NCBI GenBank assembly: GCA_964016885.1
Contig: OZ024741.1
Location: 28,582,001 to 28,646,000, forward strand
Reading direction: 5' to 3'
DNA from: Eledone cirrhosa
Taxonomy: Eukaryota
Length of the DNA: 64,000 bases
Shown: positions 56,301 to 64,000 of the stretch, in pieces
Layout of the letters: every line of letters starts with the position of its first letter
How positions within the stretch are numbered: the first letter of the stretch is position 1
Notes under the pieces: model-generated
Seen by the model: only the letters and a program-made list of their open reading frames with translations
Database searches by the model: none
What the model was told of the DNA's origin: nothing
Position numbers and translations under genes: made by a program

Positions 56301-59300
56301 ACCCAAGCATGTGGTCCAACACTCTACCGACACTGCCAACCCAAGTATGGTGTCCAACATTCTACCAACACTGCCAACCCAAGCATGGTGTCCAACACTC
56401 TACCGACAATGCCAACCCAAGCATGATGTCCAACACTCTACCGACACTGCCAACCCAAACATGGTGTCCAACAGTCTACCGACACTGCCAACCCAAGCAT
56501 GGTGTCCAACACTCTAACGACACTGCCAACCCAAGCATGTGGTCCAACACTCTACCCACACTGCCAACCCAAGCATGGTGTCCAACACTCTACCGACACT
56601 GCCAACCCAAGCATGGTGTCCAACACTCTACCGACACAGCCAACCCAAGCATGGTGTCCAACACTCTACCGACACTGCCAACCCAAGCATGGTGTCCAAC
56701 ACTCTACCGACACTGCCAACCCAAGCATGGTGTCCAACACTCTACCGACACTGCCAACCCAAGCATGGTGTCCAACACTCTACCGACACTGCCAACCCAA
56801 GCATGATGTCCAACACTCTACCGACACTGCCAACCCAAGCATGTGGTCCAACACTCTACCGACACTGCCAACCCAAGCATGGTAGTCCAACACTCTACTG
56901 ACACTGCCAACCCAAGCATGGTGTCCAACACTCTACCGACACTGCCAACCCAAGTATAGTGTCCAACACTCTACCGACACTGCCAACCCAAGCATGGTGT
57001 CCAACACTCTACCGACACTGCCAACCCAAGCATGGTGTCCAACACTCTACCGACACTGCCAACCCAAGCATGGTGTCCAACACTCTACCGACACTGCCAA
57101 CCCAAGCATGGTGTCCAACAGTCTACCGACACTGCCAACCCAAGCATGGTGTCCAACACTCTACCGACATTGCCAACCCAAGCATGGTGTCCAACACTCT
57201 ACCGACATTGCCAACCAAAGTATGGTGTCCAACACTCTACCGACACTGCCAACCCAAGCATGGTGTCCAACACTCTACCGACATTGCCAACCAAAGTATG
57301 GTGTCCAACACTCTACCGACACTGCCAACCCAAGCATGGTGTCCAACACTCTACCGACACTGCCAACCAAAGTATGGTGTCCAACACTCCACCGACACTG
57401 CCAACCCAAGCATGGTGTCCAACACTCTACCGACACTGCCAACCAAAGTATGGTGTCCAACACTCTACCGACACTGCCAACCCAAGCATGGTGTCCAACA
57501 CTCTACCGACACTGCCAACCAAAGTATGGTGTCCAACACTCTACCGACACTGCCAACCCAAGCATAGTGTCCAACACTCTACCGTCACTGCCAACCCAAG
57601 CATGGTGTCCAACACTCTACCGACACTGCCAACCCAAGCATGGTGTCCAACACTCTAACGACACTGCCAACCCAAGCATGTGGTCCAACACTCTACCGAC
57701 ACTGCCAACCAAAGCATGGTGTGCAACACTCTACCGACACTGCCAACCCAAGCATGGTGTTCAACACTCTACCGACACTGCCAACCCAAGTATGGTGTCC
57801 AACACTCTACCGACACTGCCAACCCAAGCATGGTGTCCAACACCCTACCAACACTGCCAACCCAAGCATGGTGTCCAACACTCTACCGACACTGCCAACC
57901 CAAGCATGTGGTCCAACACTCTACCGACACTGCCAACCCAAGTATGGTGTCCAACATTCTACCGACACTGCCAACCCAAGCATGGTGTCCAACACTCTAC
58001 CGACACTGCCAACCCAAGCATGGTGTCCAACACTCTACCGACACTGCCAACCCAAGTATGGTGTCCAACACTCTACCGACACTGCCAACCCAAGCATGGT
58101 GTCCAACAACCTACCGACACTGCCAACCCAAGCAGGGTGTCCAACACTCTACCGACACTGCCAATCCAAGCATGTGGTCCAACACTCTACCGACACTGCC
58201 AACCCAAGTATGGTGTCCAACACTCTACCGACACTGCCAACCCAAGCATGGTGTCCAACACTCTACCGACACTGCCAACCCAAGCATGGTGTCCAACACT
58301 CTACCGACACTGCCAACCCAAGCATGGTGTCCAACACTCTACCGACACAGCCAACCCAAGCATAGTGTCCAACACTCTACCGACACTGCCAACCCAAGCA
58401 TGGTGTCCAACACTCTACCGACAATGCCAACCCAAGCATGATGTCCAACACTCTACCGACACTGCCAACCCAAACATGGTGTCCAACAGTCTACCGACAC
58501 TGCCAACCCAAGCATGGTGTCCAACACTCTAACGACACTGCCAACCCAAGCATGTGGTCCAACACTCTACCCACACTGCCAACCCAAGCATGGTGTCCAA
58601 CACTCTACCGACACTGCCAACCCAAGCATGGTGTCCAACACTCTACCGACACAGCCAACCCAAGCATGGTGTCCAACACTCTACCGACACTGCCAACCCA
58701 AGCATGGTGTCCAACACTCTACCGACACTGCCAACCCAAGCATGGTGTCCAACACTCTACCGACACTGCCAACCCAAGCATGGTGTCCAACACTCTACCG
58801 ACACTGCCAACCCAAGCATGATGTCCAACACTCTACCGACACTGCCAACCCAAGCATGTGGTCCAACACTCTACCGACACTGCCAACCCAAGCATGGTAG
58901 TCCAACACTCTACTGACACTGCCAACCCAAGCATGGTGTCCAACACTCTACCGACACAGCCAACCCAAGCATAGTGTCCAACACTCTACCGACACTGCCA
59001 ACCCAAGCATGGTGTCCAACACTCTACCGACAATGCCAACCCAAGCATGATGTCCAACACTCTACCGACACTGCCAACCCAAGCATGGTAGTCCAACACT
59101 CTACTGACACTGCCAACCCAAGCATGGTGTCCAACACTCTACCGACACTGCCAACCCAAGTATAGTGTCCAACACTCTACCGACACTGCCAACCCAAGCA
59201 TGGTGTCCAACACTCTACCGACACTGCCAACCCAAGCATAGTGTCCAACACTCTACCGACACTGCCAACCCAATCATGGTGTCCAACACTCTACCGACAC

Positions 59301-62300
59301 TGCCAACCCAAGTATAGTGTTCAACACTCTACCGACACTGCCAACCCAAGCATGGTGTCCAACACTCTACCGACACTGCCAACCCAAGTATAGTGTCCAA
59401 CACTCTACCGACACTGCCAACCCAAGCATGGTGTCCAACACTCTACCGACACTGCCAACCAAAGTATGGTGTCCAACACTCTACCGACACTGCCAACCCA
59501 AGCATGGTGTCCAACACTCTACCGACACTGCCAACCCAAGCATGGTGTCCAACACTCTACCGACACTGCCAACCCAAGCATGGTGTCCAACACTCTACCG
59601 ACACTGCCAACCCAAGCATGGTGTCCAACAGTCTACCGACACTGCCAACCCAAGCATGGTGTCCAACACTCTACCGACATTGCCAACCCAAGCATGGTGT
59701 CCAACACTCTACCGACATTGCCAACCAAAGTATGGTGTCCAACACTCTACCGACACTGCCAACCCAAGCATGGTGTCCAACACTCTACCGACATTGCCAA
59801 CCAAAGTATGGTGTCCAACACTCTACCGACACTGCCAACCCAAGCATGGTGTCCAACACTCTACCGACACTGCCAACCAAAGTATGGTGTCCAACACTCC
59901 ACCGACACTGCCAACCCAAGCATGGTGTCCAACACTCTACCGACACTGCCAACCAAAGTATGGTGTCCAACACTCTACCGACACTGCCAACCCAAGCATG
60001 GTGTCCAACACTCTACCGACACTGCCAACCAAAGTATGGTGTCCAACACTCTACCGACACTGCCAACCCAAGCATGGTGTCCAACACTCTACCGACACTG
60101 CCAACCCAAGCATGGTGTCCAACACTCTAACGACACTGCCAACCCAAGCATGTGGTCCAACACTCTACCGACACTGCCAACCCAAGCATGGTGTGCAACA
60201 CTCTACCGACACTGCCAACCCAAGCATGGTGTTCAACACTCTACCGACACTGCCAACCCAAGTATGGTGTCCAACACTCTACCGACACTGCCAACCCAAG
60301 CATGGTGTCCAACACCCTACCAACACTGCCAACCCAAGCATGGTGTCCAACACTCTACCGACACTGCCAACCCAAGCATGTGGTCCAACACTCTACCGAC
60401 ACTGCCAACCCAAGTATGGTGTCCAACATTCTACCGACACTGCCAACCCAAGCATGGTGTCCAACACTCTACCGACACTGCCAACCCAAGCATGGTGTCC
60501 AACACTCTACCGACACTGCCAACCCAAGTATGGTGTCCAACACTCTACCGACACTGCCAACCCAAGCATGGTGTCCAACACCCTACCGACACTGCCAACC
60601 CAAGCATGGTGTCCAACACTCTACCGACTCTGCCAATCCAAGCATGTGGTCCAACACTCTACCGACACTGCCAACCCAAGTATGGTGTCCAACACTCTAC
60701 CGACACTGCCAACCCAAGCATGGTGTCCAACACTCTACCGACACTGCCAACCCAAGCATGGTGTCCAACACTCTACCGACACTGCCAACCCAAGCATGGT
60801 GTCCAACACTCTACCGACACAGCCAACCCAAGCATAGTGTCCAACACTCTACCGACACTGCCAACCCAAGCATGGTGTCCAACACTCTACCGACAATGCC
60901 AACCCAAGCATGATGTCCAACACTCTACCGACACTGCCAACCCAAACATGGTGTCCAACAGTCTACCGACACTGCCAACCCAAGCATGGTGTCCAACACT
61001 CTAACGACACTGCCAACCCAAGCATGTGGTCCAACACTCTACCCACACTGCCAACCCAAGCATGGTGTCCAACACTCTACCGACACTGCCAACCCAAGCA
61101 TGGTGTCCAACACTCTACCGACACAGCCAACCCAAGCATGGTGTCCAACACTCTACCGACACTGCCAACCCAAGCATGGTGTCCAACACTCTACCGACAC
61201 TGCCAACCCAAGCATGGTGTCCAACACTCTACCGACACTGCCAACCCAAGCATGGTGTCCAACACTCTACCGACACTGCCAACCCAAGCATGATGTCCAA
61301 CACTCTACCGACACTGCCAACCCAAGTGTGGTCCAACACTCTACCGACACTGCCAACCCAAGCATGGTAGTCCAACACTCTACTGACACTGCCAACCCAA
61401 GCATGGTGTCCAACACTCTACCGACACTGCCAACCCAAGTATAGTGTCCAACACTCTACCGACACTGCCAACCCAAGCATGGTGTCCAACACTCTACCGA
61501 CACTGCCAACCCAAGCATAGTGTCCAACACTCTACCGACACTGCCAACCCAATCATGGTGTCCAACACTCTACCGACACTGCCAACCCAAGTATAGTGTT
61601 CAACACTCTACCGACACTGCCAACCCAAGCATGGTGTCCAACACTCTACCGACACTGCCAACCCAAGTATAGTGTCCAACACTCTACCGACACTGCCAAC
61701 CAAAGCATGGTGTCCAACACTCTACCGACACTGCCAACCAAAGTATGGTGTCTAACACTCTACCGACACTGCCAACCCAAGCATGGTGTCCAACACTCTA
61801 CCGACACTGCCAACCCAAGCATGGTGTCCAACACTCTACCGACACTGCCAACGCAAGCATGGTGTCCAACACTCTACCGACACTGCCAACCCAAGCATGG
61901 TGTCCAACAGTCTACCGACACTGCCAACCCAAGCATGGTGTCCAACACTCTACCGACATTGCCAACCCAAGCATGGTGTCCAACACTCTACCGACATTGC
62001 CAACCAAAGTATGGTGTCCAACACTCTACCGACACTGCCAACCCAAGCATGGTGTCCAACACTCTACCGTCATTGCCAACCAAAGTATGGTGTCCAACAC
62101 TCTACCGACACTGCCAACCCAAGCATGGTGTCCAACACTCTACCGACACTGCCAACCAAAGTATGGTGTCCAACACTCTACCGACACTGCCAACCCAAGC
62201 ATGGTGTCCAACACTCTACCGACACTGCCAACCAAAGTATGGTGTCCAACACTCTACCGACACTGCCAACCCAAGCATGGTGTCCAACACTCTACCGACA

Positions 62301-64000
62301 CTGCCAACCAAAGTATGGTGTCCAACACTCTACCGACACTGCCAACCCAAGCATAGTGTCCAACACTCTACCGACACTGCCAACCCAAGCATGGTGTCCA
62401 ACACTCTACCGACACTGCCAACCAAAGTATGGTGTCCAACACTCTACCGACACTGCCAACCCAAGCATAGTGTCCAACACTCTACCGACACTGCCGACCC
62501 AAGCATGGTGTCCAACACTCCACCGACACTGCCAACCCAAGCATGGTGTCCAACACTCTACCGACACTGCCAACCCAAGCATGGTGTCCAACACTCTACC
62601 GACACTGCCAACCAAAGTATGGTGTCCAACACTCTACCGACACTGCCAACCCAAGCATGGTGTCCAACACTCTACCGACACTGCCAACCAAAGTATGGTG
62701 TCCAACACTCTACCGACACTGCCAACCCAAGCATGGTGTCCAACACTCTACCGACACTGCCAACCCAAGCATGGTGTTCAACACTCTACCGACACTGCCA
62801 ACCCAAGTATGGTGTCCAACACTCTACCGACACTGCCAACCCAAGCATGGTGTCCAACACCCTACCGACACTGCCAACCCAAGCATGGTGTCCAACACCC
62901 TACCGACACTGCCAACCCAAGCATGGTGTCCAACACTCTACCGACACTGCCAACCCAAGCATGTGGTCCAACACTCTACCGACACTGCCAACCCAAGTAT
63001 GGTGTCCAACACTCTACCGACACTGCCAACCCAAGCATGGTGTCCAACACTCTACCGACACTGCCAACCCAAGCATGGTGTCCAACACTCTACCGACACT
63101 GCCAACCCAAGCATGGTGTCCAAAACTCTACCGACACAGCCAACCCAAGCATAGTGTCCAACACTCTACCGACACTGCCAACCCAAGCATGGTGTCCAGC
63201 ACTCTACCGACAATGCCAACCCAAGCATGATGTCCAACACTCTACCGACACTGCCAACCCAAACATGGTGTCCAACAGTCTACCGACACTGCCAACCCAA
63301 GCATGGTGTCCAACACTCTAACGACACTGCCAACCCAAGCATGTGGTCCAACACTCTACCCACACTGCCAACCCAAGCATGGTGTCCAACACTCTACCGA
63401 CACTGCCAACCCAAGCATGGTGTCCAACACTCTACCGACACAGCCAACCCAAGCATGGTGTCCAACACTCTACCGACACTGCCAACCCAAGCATGGTGTC
63501 CAACACTCTACCGACACTGCCAACCCAAGCATGGTGTCCAACACTCTACCGACACTGCCAACCCAAGCATGGTGTCCAACACTCTACCGACACTGCCAAC
63601 CCAAGCATGTGGTCCAACACTCTACCGACACTGCCAACCCAAGCATGGTGTCCAACACTCTACTGACACTGCCAACCCAAGCATGGTGTCCAACACTCTA
63701 CCGACACTGCCAACCCAAGTATAGTGTCCAACACTCTACCGACACTGCCAACCCAAGCATGGTGTCCAACACTCTACCGACACTGCCAACCCAAGCATGT
63801 GGTCCAACACTCTACCGACACTGCCAACCCAAGTATAGTGTCCAACACTCTACCGACACTGCCAACCCAATCATGGTGTCCAACACTCTACCGACACTGC
63901 CAACCCAAGTATAGTGTCCAACACTCTACCGACACTGCCAACCCAAGCATGGTGTCCAACACTCTACCGACACTAACAACCCAAGTATAGTGTCCAACAC
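20319..64000. repeat. 38-bp satellite array, about 1,150 monomers, consensus gcatggtgtccaacactctaccgacactgccaacccaa; continues past the right edge
   Basis: Head-to-tail 38-bp units with mostly 0-3 substitutions each. Phase is preserved from 20341 to 56821. Higher-order duplications occur at multiples of 38. Confidence 0.99.

Noticed and set aside
20402-63990. Long repetitive ORFs (MVSNTLPTLPTQAWCPTLYRHCQPKHGVQHSTDTANPS)n
   Set aside because: The consensus happens to lack plus-strand stops, so all three frames give the same 38-aa cycle. Common TAG and TGA variants interrupt frames at random, with no sign of coding constraint.
20319-64000. CRISPR array (38-bp repeat length)
   Set aside because: Units are directly head-to-tail with no unique spacers, no cas genes and no leader, and the context is eukaryotic.

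Overview
Eukaryotic, repeat-dominated window with no recognisable host gene. The SINE and microsatellite content resembles an invertebrate, possibly cephalopod, genome; this is inferred, not shown. Bases 1-20.3 kb are a nest of non-LTR retrotransposons among microsatellites: two decayed R4/Dong-clade elements (RT, with RLE visible in the second) on the minus strand, a near-full-length Tx1/L1-clade element and a 5'-truncated relative on the plus strand, three copies plus a fragment of a tRNA-derived SINE, a probable RTE-type 5'UTR fragment, and a 2-kb (CCAN)n tract. From about 20,320 to the window end (43.7 kb, about 1,150 monomers) lies a very homogeneous 38-bp satellite with multi-kb higher-order duplications. 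The main observation is that the satellite monomer is the reverse complement of the A-box-containing 5' head of the SINE in this window (32/38 ungapped identity). The array starts directly at the 5' end of a same-orientation SINE copy, which suggests a satellite born from a SINE Pol III promoter segment. All satellite ORFs are artefacts, and the array is not a CRISPR.
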